A DNA stretch of 64,000 bases from an uncultured Haloferula sp. (GCA_965652295.1 CBFGTS010000005.1:226671-290670), one strand, 5' to 3'. Counted from the stretch's first letter, positions 30,010 to 40,513 are shown. The notes: generated by a model not told the origin, from the letters alone. Program-made: numbers and translations.

Positions 30010-31857
30010 ATGTGGGCGGACAACGAGACCGACGAGGACCTGCTTGGCTTCTCAGTTCATGCAAACCTGATTGGCGAAATCGTAACAAATCCGGAGATGC
30101 TGCCGGTGACCATCGGCCTTTTCGGCGACTGGGGTGGGGGTAAATCGAGCATCCTCAAAATCTTGAAACGGAACTTTTCGGAACATCCCGAATTTGCCGT
30201 CATATACTTCAATAGTTGGGTGTTTGAAGGATACGAAGATGCCAAGGCCGCAATCCTTACATCTCTCCTGACGGAGCTCCGAGAGCAGAGACAATGGGAC
30301 GAGGAAGTCAAAGATGAAATCAGCGCGCTACTAAAAAGGGTTCGCTGGATGAAGGTCTTCAAATCCGTCGCTTCAGCGGGACTCGCCTACATGACCGCCA
30401 ATCCAATTCCATTGCTCGCAGTTGAAAATCCGATCGCACCAAAGGACGAAGATGAAGGCCGATCAGCCCCCAAGCAAGAGACTGTGAACCCCGCTGACTA
30501 TCTTCGGGACGTCGAGGAGACAGTCCAGAACGTCCGCTCGTTCCGACGAGACTTTCAGTCCCTCATTGAAAAGACCAAGCTCAAAGCATTTGTGATTCTT
30601 ATCGACGACCTCGATCGCTGTTCTCCCGAGCGGGTGATCGAGAACCTGGAAGCCGTGAAGCTCTTCCTGAACGTGGAAAGTACCGCGTTCGTAGTGGCAG
30701 CAGACCGCCGGATTGTTGAAAACGCGATCAGAATCAGATACTCATCCCTATTTTCGGGAGAACAACACTTGCCGGCTCAGAAGGATGCCCTCGTGACCGA
30801 CTACTTGGAGAAGCTGATCCAAATCCCTTACACTCTTCCCAAGCTGGCACCCCATGAAGTCCGTTCCTACATGAGCTTCCTGTTCCTGAAGAAGCACCTC
30901 CCAGACTCCACGTTCGGAGGTCTGTTGAGTCAATACTGCGAATTCTTATCTCGCGAGCGCTACAGCTCTTTCCCTCTCGATGAGCCGTTACAGGCGCTTC
31001 CCGATGGCCCTCAAAAATCCGAACTGGTCGAAAGCGTCCGCCTCGTAGAAGCTTGCTCGGATGCCATCACCGACGGCCTGAAGGGAAACCCACGACAAAT
31101 CAAACGCTTCCTCAATGCCTACTGGCTCCGGAGAAAGTTCGGAAAGGTTGCCGGGCTCACACACATCAAGGATCACGTCTTGATCAAGCTAATGGTATTG
31201 GAATATATAAGCAGCGAACGCTTTGACGATCTGTACGCCCTGCACCGTCTAACCCCCGACGGAACGGTGGAAGCTCTGCGCGCCATCGAGTCGGCAACTA
31301 GCCCTGATGAACTCGATGAGAAGCTCTCGAGCTGGCGCACTTCTCGAATTTGGAAGTGGGCAAAATCCGAGCCGAATCTGGCCGACGAGGACCTGCGGGA
31401 CTATTTCTGGCTCTCCCGAAGCTCAGTCACCGACACCCTCTCGGGAGTCAGGCTCCTCAGCCAAGCCATGCGCCACTGCATCGACGCAATGCTCTCCGAT
31501 TCACAACCTCAATCGGATCGAAACGCTTTCTTCAGCTCGCTTTCGGACGATGAACAGGCCGGAGTTGTTGCGATGGTGGGGAAGAAGGCCATGCAGGATC
31601 CCGACAACCAGACCCCTTTGGACTCGCTCTTAGGATTAGCACTGGCGGGTTCCGGGCTCGCCGCCGCTACCTTTAAATCTAGCGCACTGAAAATCGGGGC
31701 CGAAAAACTCAACCCGGGGCTGGGTGTAAAGCTGCGAAACGCAAAACCCTCTGCAGGCACACCAGCAGGCAAGATAGTTACTCAGATCACCGAAGAGCTA
31801 GGCGCCACCGAAACCAAGATAGGTAGAACCATCAAGCCCAAACCACGCAAGAAGTAA
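30010..31857 (+). CDS. qatA: QatA, KAP-family P-loop NTPase of the Qat anti-phage system
   Basis: MWADNET start, GDWGGGKS Walker A, IDDLDRC, YLEKLIQIP, GNPRQIKRFLN; first gene of the four-gene operon. Confidence 0.88.
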   Translation: MWADNETDEDLLGFSVHANLIGEIVTNPEMLPVTIGLFGDWGGGKSSILKILKRNFSEHPEFAVIYFNSWVFEGYEDAKAAILTSLLTELREQRQWDEEVKDEISALLKRVRWMKVFKSVASAGLAYMTANPIPLLAVENPIAPKDEDEGRSAPKQETVNPADYLRDVEETVQNVRSFRRDFQSLIEKTKLKAFVILIDDLDRCSPERVIENLEAVKLFLNVESTAFVVAADRRIVENAIRIRYSSLFSGEQHLPAQKDALVTDYLEKLIQIPYTLPKLAPHEVRSYMSFLFLKKHLPDSTFGGLLSQYCEFLSRERYSSFPLDEPLQALPDGPQKSELVESVRLVEACSDAITDGLKGNPRQIKRFLNAYWLRRKFGKVAGLTHIKDHVLIKLMVLEYISSERFDDLYALHRLTPDGTVEALRAIESATSPDELDEKLSSWRTSRIWKWAKSEPNLADEDLRDYFWLSRSSVTDTLSGVRLLSQAMRHCIDAMLSDSQPQSDRNAFFSSLSDDEQAGVVAMVGKKAMQDPDNQTPLDSLLGLALAGSGLAAATFKSSALKIGAEKLNPGLGVKLRNAKPSAGTPAGKIVTQITEELGATETKIGRTIKPKPRKK

Positions 31858-31864
31858 ACACGCC

Positions 31865-32656
31865 ATGGGAACATCAAAGTCATACGACAGCCCTAAATGG
31901 CCGGGCGTTAACGACCAAGTCGGGGAGGCCCTCTCAAACGGTCCGCCGACGAAGTCGGCAATCTTTGATGCCGTGGGAGCCTTCGCAAGCGCCTATAAGG
32001 GATTCATCAACACCGGAACGACGGGACGATCAGGTGCGATCGCAGGCGGCACTTCCAAGACGGGACGAACTACGGGAGGCCGTGGAGGCGGAGGAGGCGC
32101 TACCGCGAGAGCGCGGTCAGCATCTGCTGGTGCTCGCCTTGGCTCCTTCCTTTCAGGAGTCGCGTCTTCGGGACTGGGCCCGACACTGAAGAGCTTCGGC
32201 CTTGGGGACTTAATTGGCAAACCGCTTCAAGAGATCCTGGATGCGATTCTGGATAGGCTTTGTGAAGATGGTGGTCTGCTGGATGACGCGGCATTGACGG
32301 AGGCGATGGCTAGAACGCTAGACGAAATCAGCGAAGATGCTGAAACGGTCGAAGATTTCGACAAACTCCTCACCGAAAGCACCGACGACTTGGAAGGCCA
32401 CCTCCAATTGTTTTTTGCGAATGTCCTCGCAGTGAACTTCGAGCAAAAAGAAGGCGGATTCGTGCGAGAGAAAGTTCCGCAGTCTCAGTGTGACCGCTTC
32501 TTCAAGGAGTCGCGAGACCTCATTCGCACTCTCGTATTCGAGGAACTCGCGAAGGAGAGGGATCTCTCGTTGATCGACTGGAACGGTCCGGAAGCCCTTT
32601 CAATCGCCGATCAGATTAATCAAGAGGTTCTTAACATACTCATTGGAGATGAATGA
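31865..32656 (+). CDS. qatB: QatB, Qat system protein
   Basis: MGTSKS start, Gly-rich region, then LGSFLSGV; lies between KAP NTPase and QueC-like gene. Confidence 0.78.
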   Translation: MGTSKSYDSPKWPGVNDQVGEALSNGPPTKSAIFDAVGAFASAYKGFINTGTTGRSGAIAGGTSKTGRTTGGRGGGGGATARARSASAGARLGSFLSGVASSGLGPTLKSFGLGDLIGKPLQEILDAILDRLCEDGGLLDDAALTEAMARTLDEISEDAETVEDFDKLLTESTDDLEGHLQLFFANVLAVNFEQKEGGFVREKVPQSQCDRFFKESRDLIRTLVFEELAKERDLSLIDWNGPEALSIADQINQEVLNILIGDE

Positions 32657-33980
32657 AGTTGTCGTCAACACTACCGTGGAACCTCCATTCCATTCGGGGG
32701 CGGGAATCTACCTGAGCGCTAGGGGGCGTGACCCGGAGAAGCTCTCATTCAACATCGAGGACTACGCTCGAATTAACCGGGATTTTCCCACGGACGCGGG
32801 CGAGTTCGCCTATTTCTGCGCTCTGATCTATGGATGCGACAAGCTGCTGAAGAGGGACGTGGGAAATGGCGACCGCTGGACCCGGGAGATTGCTGTGGAG
32901 ATCCCGGTTCAAATCCCTTCGAAGTGGCGTGCCTCCTCCGAGACGATCGAGAGAATGCTCGAATTCCTGACGGGAGACATCTGGCGCATTAGCTTCCGGC
33001 AACAAAGCGCCTCCCTGTTCGGCTCGGCCTTCACCCGAACAAGGAAAAACTTTCACAAGAAGAGGAAGATTGCCGGTACTGCGGTCTCGCTCTTCTCGGG
33101 AGGTCTGGACTCGGTCACAGGAATCATCGACTGGCTTGAAACGAACCCTCCCCAATCGCTGGTATTAGCTTCCACATACGACGCGCATGCGGAGAACGCC
33201 AAAGCCGACCAAGAGCGCCTACTGCCAAAATTGAACGCCGCGTACCCGGGGAGAATTAGCCGATTCATCGCACGCTCCGGCCTCCAGAATAAGGGGGAAG
33301 ACATCAACTTCAGAAGCCGCTCGTTGACGTTCCTGGGAAACGGAGTCCTCGCAGCATCCTTTCTCGGCGAAGATGTCAGTATCCTTATCCCTGAGAACGG
33401 CGCTATTGCAATCAACTTCCCACTGTCCCCGGCTCGAAGTGGTTCGCTCAGCACCAGAACTGTCCATCCCCACTTCATCAAATTGTTCAATCAACTACTC
33501 AGAGAGCTCGGATTTTCCTGTAAGGTCGAGAATCCCTACGAATTCAAGACCAAGGGCGAGGTTCTCGCCTCGTGCAGGAATCAGAAAGTCCTCCAATCTG
33601 TTTACAAGGATTCTGTGTCATGCGGCAAGCGGGGTTTCAGCCGGATGCATTGGCATGACAAGAGCGCATCAGCCTGCGGTCATTGCGTCCCCTGCATCTT
33701 CCGCCAAGCTGCCGTTGCGTTCGCCTCCTTTGACGAAGAAGCCTTCGGATGCACGGTATCCAATCGTCGTAGATGGGGAACCTCCGATATTCTAAGGCCA
33801 AATAGCGATCTCCAAACCGTGGTCGACTTCGTGAAAGCCGATCTCGATGCCGATTCGATCTGGCGGAAAATGCGATCGAACGGTCATCTTTCGTTAGTCA
33901 GAAAGGATCAATATGTAGATCTGGTCGTGCGTCTCCGGGCGGAACTGAAAAGCTGGCTGTCCAGCGTCAATCTACTTTGA
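32649..33980 (+). CDS. qatC: QatC, QueC-like protein
   Basis: SLFSGGLDS PP-loop, RSRS, PENG, STRTVHP, NPYEFKTKGE, SC...CGHCVPCIFR. Confidence 0.88.
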   Translation: MNEVVVNTTVEPPFHSGAGIYLSARGRDPEKLSFNIEDYARINRDFPTDAGEFAYFCALIYGCDKLLKRDVGNGDRWTREIAVEIPVQIPSKWRASSETIERMLEFLTGDIWRISFRQQSASLFGSAFTRTRKNFHKKRKIAGTAVSLFSGGLDSVTGIIDWLETNPPQSLVLASTYDAHAENAKADQERLLPKLNAAYPGRISRFIARSGLQNKGEDINFRSRSLTFLGNGVLAASFLGEDVSILIPENGAIAINFPLSPARSGSLSTRTVHPHFIKLFNQLLRELGFSCKVENPYEFKTKGEVLASCRNQKVLQSVYKDSVSCGKRGFSRMHWHDKSASACGHCVPCIFRQAAVAFASFDEEAFGCTVSNRRRWGTSDILRPNSDLQTVVDFVKADLDADSIWRKMRSNGHLSLVRKDQYVDLVVRLRAELKSWLSSVNLL

Positions 33981-33989
33981 GGTTTTCAG

Positions 33990-34694
33990 ATGATCGACAC
34001 CCACTGCCACGTCGATCTCCATGATCGACCGCTCGACGTAATCTCAAAATTCACGTCGACCCGGATGGGGTGCGTATCGGTAACGATGCTTCCGAGTCAC
34101 TATGAGCTGAGTCTCCCGCACCTTGACTCCCATGACGATATTCACGCATCGTTGGGCCTGCACCCATTGCGTGCGCGTGAGGGTAAGCGCGAGATTGCCC
34201 AGTTTATCAAGCTCTCGAAGGCGACCGAATACATCGGGGAGATCGGCCTCGACTTTTCGCGCGAAGGCTTACCAACAAGAGAACTGCAGAAAGAGTTATT
34301 AGCACAAGTGCTGCCCACCATTAAAGGCGGCAAATTCGTCAGCGTGCATAGCCGCGATTCTGCGAGGGAACTTCTTGGAATGCTGTCGGATGCTCGAGTA
34401 ACCCCTGTCTGTTTCCACTATTTCACCGGCGGACTGCCTTTCGCGAAAGAAGTGGTCCAAGCGGGACACTATCTATCATTCAATTTGCGCATGCTGAGGG
34501 GGAGACACAAATCACTGCTAGGTGCAGTTCCGGCGGATCGTGTTCTCATTGAATCGGACGGTCCCTTCCTCACGAAATCGCCCGTTTCGGCGGTCTCGGA
34601 AGCTTATTCGATCATTGCGAAGCATTGGGAAGTCACTCTCCCCGACGCGGAGGAATTGATTTCCGAGAATTTCTTGCGCTGTAGAACAGCCTGA
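33990..34694 (+). CDS. qatD: QatD, TatD-family nuclease
   Basis: IDTHCH, LGLHP, IGEIGLDF, SVHSR, LIESDGPF. Confidence 0.88.
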   Translation: MIDTHCHVDLHDRPLDVISKFTSTRMGCVSVTMLPSHYELSLPHLDSHDDIHASLGLHPLRAREGKREIAQFIKLSKATEYIGEIGLDFSREGLPTRELQKELLAQVLPTIKGGKFVSVHSRDSARELLGMLSDARVTPVCFHYFTGGLPFAKEVVQAGHYLSFNLRMLRGRHKSLLGAVPADRVLIESDGPFLTKSPVSAVSEAYSIIAKHWEVTLPDAEELISENFLRCRTA

Positions 34695-34896
34695 ATGCCC
34701 GGTGGGATCGGTTATGAAATTCGAGTATCCCGCCGCCTTGCCACTTCGGTTCTCAGGCGGGCGGATGGAGGCGACGGGATCGCCGCTGCGGGTGCGCTCC
34801 ATCGGGGAATGGATGCCGTGGATGGCCAAGGCACATGTGAGTCCTGATGCGGAAAGCGCCTTGTGACAAGCGGGAGGGTGATGGCAGGCTTGCCGG

Positions 34897-35418
34897 GTGA
34901 TTTCCTATGTTGCGTTGCTCCGCGCGGTGAATGTCGGCGGGATCGGAAAACTGCCGATGTCCGAGCTTCGGGCGATGTGCGAATCCGCGGGGTTCTCGTC
35001 GGTGAAAACCTATATCGCCAGTGGCAACGTGGTATTTCGAAGCAAGCTTCCGGCGGCGAAGGTGAAGGCGCTGTTGGAAGAAGCGCTTCTGAAATACGCG
35101 GGAAAACCGGTGGGCGTGCTGTTGCGGACGGCGGCGGAATTGAAAAGCGTGATGGAAGAAAATCCATTTCCCGGCGCTCCGGGAAATCGCGTGGTTGCGG
35201 TTTTCCTCAATGATCCGCCACCGGCGAACCTGCCAGGCGAGCTGAAAGGGCTGAGGAATGAGGTGGTGATTCCTGGCAAGCGGGAGATCTACGTCCGTTA
35301 CGATGATGGCATGGGAACATCGAAGCTGGTCATCCCGGCCGCCAGGACGGGCACGGCCCGAAACATGAACACAGTGGCAAAATTGGTCGAAATGCTCGAG
35401 GCGCACCAACCGGGGTAA
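34897..35418 (+). CDS. DUF1697-family protein
   Basis: YVALLRAVNVGG..LPMSELR..VKTYIASGNVVF..GTARNMNTV. Confidence 0.85.
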   Translation: MISYVALLRAVNVGGIGKLPMSELRAMCESAGFSSVKTYIASGNVVFRSKLPAAKVKALLEEALLKYAGKPVGVLLRTAAELKSVMEENPFPGAPGNRVVAVFLNDPPPANLPGELKGLRNEVVIPGKREIYVRYDDGMGTSKLVIPAARTGTARNMNTVAKLVEMLEAHQPG

Positions 35419-35423
35419 GGGAG

Positions 35424-35469
35424 GAATGGTACCAGGCCGCGCCTTTCAACAAGCGCTGAGGCTTTCAAT
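35424..35469 (-). repeat. Right arm of 46-bp imperfect inverted repeat
   Basis: Reverse complement ATTGAAAGCCTCAGCGCTTGTTGAAAGGCGCGGCCTGGTACCATTC. Confidence 0.75.
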
Positions 35470-35807
35470 CGCTGTGTCCGTTGCACTCACCCGCCTACGA
35501 CTGATCCGAGGATGAAGACTGGCAAAGATTGATACTTGCAAAATGCGTGGGATGCTCAGGATCCAATCGCCGCATGGCTACAAAACCGAAGGCTCGCGTC
35601 TCAGATGGGATGGGGGGCTTCAAGCTGCCACCGCAGTTTTGAGAGCGGCCGTTTTCAAAGTCGCGATCCCATCCATCCCGAGAATCCTATCCATCCTGAT
35701 CCCAAACCCCAAGTGCCCGACTGGTTCTCTCCCGGGCTTGATTGCCCTGCGAAGCCCACGCCACTTTCAGCCTTCCACCCTCGCCGGGATTCCGCTCTCA
35801 TGACAGG

Positions 35808-38627
35808 ATGAAGGCGCGCGACCTCATCCTGGCCCTGTTTCTGGGGGCCGGCTCCCCCTGCGCTGGAGCTGACTTCGTGGTCACCAGCTCGCTCGGCAGC
35901 GGCGCGGGCAGCCTCCCGGCTGCGGTGGCCGCCGCGAACAGTTCGCCGGGCCACGACCGCATCACTTTCGATCTCCTGCCCTCGTCGGGATTTATCTTTG
36001 TGTTCCTCAACCAGGAACTTGTGGTCACGGACAACCTCACCATCGATGGTTCCGTCGCGGCGGCTCCGGTGCTGATCGACGTCCGGGCGGAGGAGGACAG
36101 CGTGATCCGCAGGGCGATGCGGGTGGAGAGCCTGGCCGAGGCCGAGCTGAAATCCCTCATCATCAGGGGTGGTCGCATCGACAGCCCGCCGGGCGCGATC
36201 TATCCGGCGAACGGCGGCGGCGCGATCCTCAACGAGGGCACCCTCGCGATGGACCGCTGCACGCTCTATGACAACGAGGGCGGATCCTTCGGCGGCGCGA
36301 TCACCAACAACGGCGGCTCGCTCGTCCTCACGCAATGCACCCTTTCCGGAAACTCCGTCGTCAACCAGGGCGGGGCGCTCCACAACTTCCATGGCAGTGC
36401 CGAGCTGGTCTTTTGCACGGTGAAGCTGAACTCGGCCGCGCTCGGGGGCGGAGTGTACAACCAGGGCACGTGCATCCTCGACAACTCGATCGTCCGCGGC
36501 AACACCGCCACCCTTGAAGCCCCGGACATCTATGAGTTCGGAGAAAATTCCTTCACGCTGAACAACGCCAACCTGTTCGGGTCGCTCGAAGGCACCACGC
36601 GCTCGCCCGACGGGACGTTCGTGCTCGTTTCGAGCACGGCGGTGCTCCCGCTCGATGAGCAGCAGGGCCCCTGGCCCCTGCCCGTCCACCCGCTCGGCGT
36701 CGTCTCGGCGGCGGTCGATGCCGCCTTGGGTGATGAAATCCCGGCCACCGACCAGCGCGGCCGTCCTCGCGGAGTGGGTGGCTCACCGCTGCCCGACCTG
36801 GGAGCCTTCGAGCGGGGAAGGGTGGTTTTCGTCAATCTCTCCGCCAGCGGAACCGGATCCGGCAACCTGTGGGCGAACGCCCGGACCGACCTGAATTCCG
36901 CCCTGACCGCGGGGATCAAGGACGACCTGATCTGGATCGTGGGTGGCACCTACACTCCCGCCGGGCCGGGCGACCGGACCAGCGGCTTCATCCTCGACCC
37001 CGGGGTGTCGCTGATCGGCGGATTCCCAAGCTCCGGCACCCCGCGTTTCGAAGACCGGGATCCAGGCCTCCATGAGACGATCCTTTCCGGGGACATCGGA
37101 ACCTCCGGCGACTCCACCGACAACTGTTATCATGTGGTGCAGGCGAGCGGATTCACCGGCACGACTCCGTCCAGCGATCTCTTCAGCCTCACGATCACGG
37201 GCGGACGAGCGGACGGCGCGGGCATTCATCAGAACCGCGGTGGCGGCCTGCTCATCCGCGACAACGCCGATATCACGGTGAGCGACTGCACCTTCCGGGA
37301 CAATCACGCCGCGGACTTCGGCGGAGCCGTCTCGGTGATCGACCGCCCCACCTCCTTCATCGGTTGCATCTTCCGCGAAAACACCAGCGGCGGCGACGGA
37401 GGCGCGCTTCACCAGACCTACGATCAGAATGATGCCGCGACCTTTCCACTCACTGTCACCGGCTGCCGCTTCACGGGCAATTCCGCCGCGGACTTCGGCG
37501 GCGCGGTGCGGCTGACCCGCAGCGAATTCACCACCACCATCTCCGCGACGACGGCATCCATCGAGGCCAGCCGGTTTCTCGATAACTCGTCCGGCTCGGG
37601 AGGAGGAGCACTTCGGGTCGATAAATCGAACGTGATGCTTTCCGACTGCATCTTCCGGGCGAACGTCGCGACCAACACCGGCGGCGCGGTGGATGCCAAC
37701 TCCCAGACCGACCTCACCGCCCATGATTGCCTTTTCCAGGGAAATGTCGCCGGATTCGACGGCGGGGCCCTTTATCTGACGACCAGCCAGTCCGCGGCCG
37801 ATCTGCTCAATTGCTCCTTTCAGGGCAACCGCGCGGACCGCAAGGGCGGCGCCCTTTTCCTCAACGGACCGGACCTCTCCCTCCGCAACAGCTTGATCTG
37901 GGACAACTCCGCGCTGGGCAGCACGGCCGTTCAGTCCTCGTCCATCGGCCTTCTCGCCGATCCCGACACCCTGCCTCCCGATCCGTCCTCACTGCCAAGG
38001 AACAACCTTGCCGGTGAGCATGTCGTCCGCAGCATGGTGCAGAACTGGTCCGTCACTGAGCTCAGGCCGAGTCTGCCGGAGTCCAATTTCGCACCCGCGG
38101 ATCCGATGTTCGTCGTGACCATCGCGCCGGGACAGGCTCCGGCGACCGGCGGTGACCTGCGGCTGGTCGAAGGTTCGCCGTTCATCGGCGTGGGGCTGTG
38201 GACCGAGAACGCCGACGGCACCGACGTCGTGGGTGAACCGCGGACCACGCCGGACGGGTTTTCCAATCTCCTGAACCTCGGCGCGCATCAGGGGATCGTT
38301 TCCACGGACTATCTTTCGGACGATGACAACGACGGGCTGGTCAAGGCGCTGGAGGAAGCTTTCGGCACCGATCCCATGACCGCCGATTCCGGCCACGCCA
38401 ACCGGCCGAAGCTCTTCATCAATCCCAACGACGCGCTTTTCCGCGTCTTTTACGTGGATCGTAGTATTCCGATCCGGATCACCCGATCGACCGATCTCGT
38501 CGATTTCTCCGAGGTCCTCTTCGACGGCCGGACCGACCTACCCGGCGAGACGCTCATCGACCTCCGCGACCTCCGCCTGTCGACCGAGCCGAGGGCGTTC
38601 TATCGCGTCGAACTTGTCGGGCCGTGA
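35808..38627 (+). CDS. Secreted right-handed beta-helix (Pmp/choice-of-anchor-Q-like) protein with DxDxDG/RFYR-type C-terminus
   Basis: Repeated GGA(I/L/V) and FxxN motifs; TDQRGRPR..DLGAFE; ends DNDGL..EEAFGTDP...RAFYRVE. Confidence 0.8.
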   Translation: MKARDLILALFLGAGSPCAGADFVVTSSLGSGAGSLPAAVAAANSSPGHDRITFDLLPSSGFIFVFLNQELVVTDNLTIDGSVAAAPVLIDVRAEEDSVIRRAMRVESLAEAELKSLIIRGGRIDSPPGAIYPANGGGAILNEGTLAMDRCTLYDNEGGSFGGAITNNGGSLVLTQCTLSGNSVVNQGGALHNFHGSAELVFCTVKLNSAALGGGVYNQGTCILDNSIVRGNTATLEAPDIYEFGENSFTLNNANLFGSLEGTTRSPDGTFVLVSSTAVLPLDEQQGPWPLPVHPLGVVSAAVDAALGDEIPATDQRGRPRGVGGSPLPDLGAFERGRVVFVNLSASGTGSGNLWANARTDLNSALTAGIKDDLIWIVGGTYTPAGPGDRTSGFILDPGVSLIGGFPSSGTPRFEDRDPGLHETILSGDIGTSGDSTDNCYHVVQASGFTGTTPSSDLFSLTITGGRADGAGIHQNRGGGLLIRDNADITVSDCTFRDNHAADFGGAVSVIDRPTSFIGCIFRENTSGGDGGALHQTYDQNDAATFPLTVTGCRFTGNSAADFGGAVRLTRSEFTTTISATTASIEASRFLDNSSGSGGGALRVDKSNVMLSDCIFRANVATNTGGAVDANSQTDLTAHDCLFQGNVAGFDGGALYLTTSQSAADLLNCSFQGNRADRKGGALFLNGPDLSLRNSLIWDNSALGSTAVQSSSIGLLADPDTLPPDPSSLPRNNLAGEHVVRSMVQNWSVTELRPSLPESNFAPADPMFVVTIAPGQAPATGGDLRLVEGSPFIGVGLWTENADGTDVVGEPRTTPDGFSNLLNLGAHQGIVSTDYLSDDDNDGLVKALEEAFGTDPMTADSGHANRPKLFINPNDALFRVFYVDRSIPIRITRSTDLVDFSEVLFDGRTDLPGETLIDLRDLRLSTEPRAFYRVELVGP

Positions 38628-38984
38628 TGTCCGCGCGAGGCCTTGGTCCTATCTCGTAAACAACGTAGAACAATGCCACGGCTATCCCAAACAGGCGCGA
38701 GTCATCGGGGGGGGTGCTGATGGGAGGCGGTTTCCGGGTCGGCAGCGCGCGATTTCTCAATCGGTGATCTATCTTTCCGGCTTCAGCATGTCTGCATGCC
38801 GTCCAAATCTGGCTCCTCGCGTCATGGGCCGCATCGCCAGGATCGGGCCCGAAAACGAAGGTTGACGGCTTGCCTTCCTCCGGGATCGCGCATTTCAACC
38901 AATCGAAGACTTCATGTCCCGATCCAAGCTTGTACCGAGAAGCCGGACGGCTGGGCAAAAGCTGATAGAGACAAACGGCAGCGC

Positions 38985-39141
38985 TGGTGTTGTCGACGGG
39001 ATCCGGCTCTGGGACGGCCTGGAGTGTACCGCCCTGAATTTCCAACTTCAAACGACTGCCCTCGTGGAGCCCAAGGCTGTCGCGGATGGCCTAGGGGACG
39101 ACGAGGCGTCCTGATTTGCCAAGCGTAGCGGTAATGCTCAT
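38985..39141 (-). pseudogene. AbrB/MazE-type antitoxin interrupted by an in-frame TAG
   Basis: MSITATLGKSGRLVVP*AIRDSLGLHEGSRLKLEIQGGTLQAVP; 3' end approximate. Confidence 0.7.
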
Positions 39142-39247
39142 GCCATTCTGGATACCACTGGCAATGGCATGCGGCAAAGGTCGAGTGTCCATCGAACGCC
39201 CCTCCGTCGCCGCCTTTCGGCTTTGCCGGAACAAGACCACCGCACGA

Positions 39248-40513
39248 TTACCAACCCTTTGGATCCAGCTCACCGCATCCTGAGAAGATGTCGGGATTCA
39301 GAACGGCCCGGCGGCGCAATTGCGAGCGGGTGGTCCGAGACATCCCGCTCTCTTCACAGAGGCCGTCGAAGTTTTCTGCAATCCCACGGACCTGAGCCTC
39401 GACGATGGATCGTGCCTCTTCTTCCGAAAGGCCGAACTCCGGGGCGGTATCGAGGCATAATCGAATTCTCGAGAGATTGCTGTGCGGAGTGATCCTCATC
39501 CCGTGGCTGGCCTCTCCGCCCGCCCGTGGGAAGGGCGTGATATCATAGGCCGGTGTGAGCTGGAGCGTCCTCCCCTCGACGAAGAAGGAGTGATTGCGGG
39601 CATGATCGTCGGTGTTGCCGATCAGCACATTGAAGACGAGACGGGAGAACAACTCCGTGGCGTCCTTCTTGAAGGCGAGGCCGTGAATCCGCAGTTGATC
39701 CACCAGATTCGGATAGGTGGCTTCCCTCGCCCATTTCTCGTCGAGTCCGAGCACGGTCAAGGCAGAGACGATCGAGCGACGGCACCAACCGGAAGCGCCG
39801 GGTTGCCGATCAAAACGCTTCACCAGTAGCACATCTTTTCCCTCTGCTTTCTCGAGGGAAACCTCCGCCACGTTCATTCCGAGCCGTGCTGCGAGCGTCA
39901 TGGCGACGTATTCCGACTGCACGATCTGGAAGTTGTCCGTGGAGATGGAGAATTTCGCCACATACTTGGCGTTTTCCCCGGTGATGGCTGCCTTGGGTCG
40001 GGCTCCTCCGATGCTGGTTCCGTGATTCAGCGCCTCTTCAAGCTCTGGAGGAATCGGCTGATGGGTCGCAAGCCGTTCGGCCGCCTCGTGCAGTTCGGCC
40101 AGTGAGGCGGCGCCCAGCTCTCTGGGGATGTATTCCGACGCGGATTCCTGGAAGTCCAGGGCACCCGTGCGGTCCGATCCCGAGTGCAGGAGATAGGTCG
40201 ACTCATTCACGTCTTCTCCGGCAACCCTTTCCTTTCTGCCGAAGAGCCGGTTTTCGATCACGCGCCGCCCCCAGGCATCGGGTGCCGCATCGCGCAGACA
40301 GGCGAAATGTTCCAGGCCATCGATGGGTTCATGCATTCCCGGTCGCAGCGGCAGCTCCGGCTCGTAGATGGGCTCGGCATTTTCCCGCTCCAGGTAGGAA
40401 CGTCCGTAAACGAAGCTCTGGCGCCCTTTCGCGTCGAAGCGCAGCTCACCGGCCACGACCGGTTCGGTCGCTCCCGGGAGCCATCTCCAGACATAGCACC
40501 TAGAAGCGGTCAT
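39248..40513 (-). CDS. HipA-family kinase toxin
   Basis: DAAPDAWGR, GTSIGGARPKA, LLVKRFDR, FNVLIGNTDDHARNH, LTPAYD. Confidence 0.92.
   Translation of the reverse strand: MTASRCYVWRWLPGATEPVVAGELRFDAKGRQSFVYGRSYLERENAEPIYEPELPLRPGMHEPIDGLEHFACLRDAAPDAWGRRVIENRLFGRKERVAGEDVNESTYLLHSGSDRTGALDFQESASEYIPRELGAASLAELHEAAERLATHQPIPPELEEALNHGTSIGGARPKAAITGENAKYVAKFSISTDNFQIVQSEYVAMTLAARLGMNVAEVSLEKAEGKDVLLVKRFDRQPGASGWCRRSIVSALTVLGLDEKWAREATYPNLVDQLRIHGLAFKKDATELFSRLVFNVLIGNTDDHARNHSFFVEGRTLQLTPAYDITPFPRAGGEASHGMRITPHSNLSRIRLCLDTAPEFGLSEEEARSIVEAQVRGIAENFDGLCEESGMSRTTRSQLRRRAVLNPDIFSGCGELDPKGW

Noticed and set aside
39091..39093. Pyrrolysine or stop-codon recoding at the TAG in the AbrB gene
   Set aside because: Single instance, TAG terminates other genes here, no pyl genes; nonsense mutation is simpler
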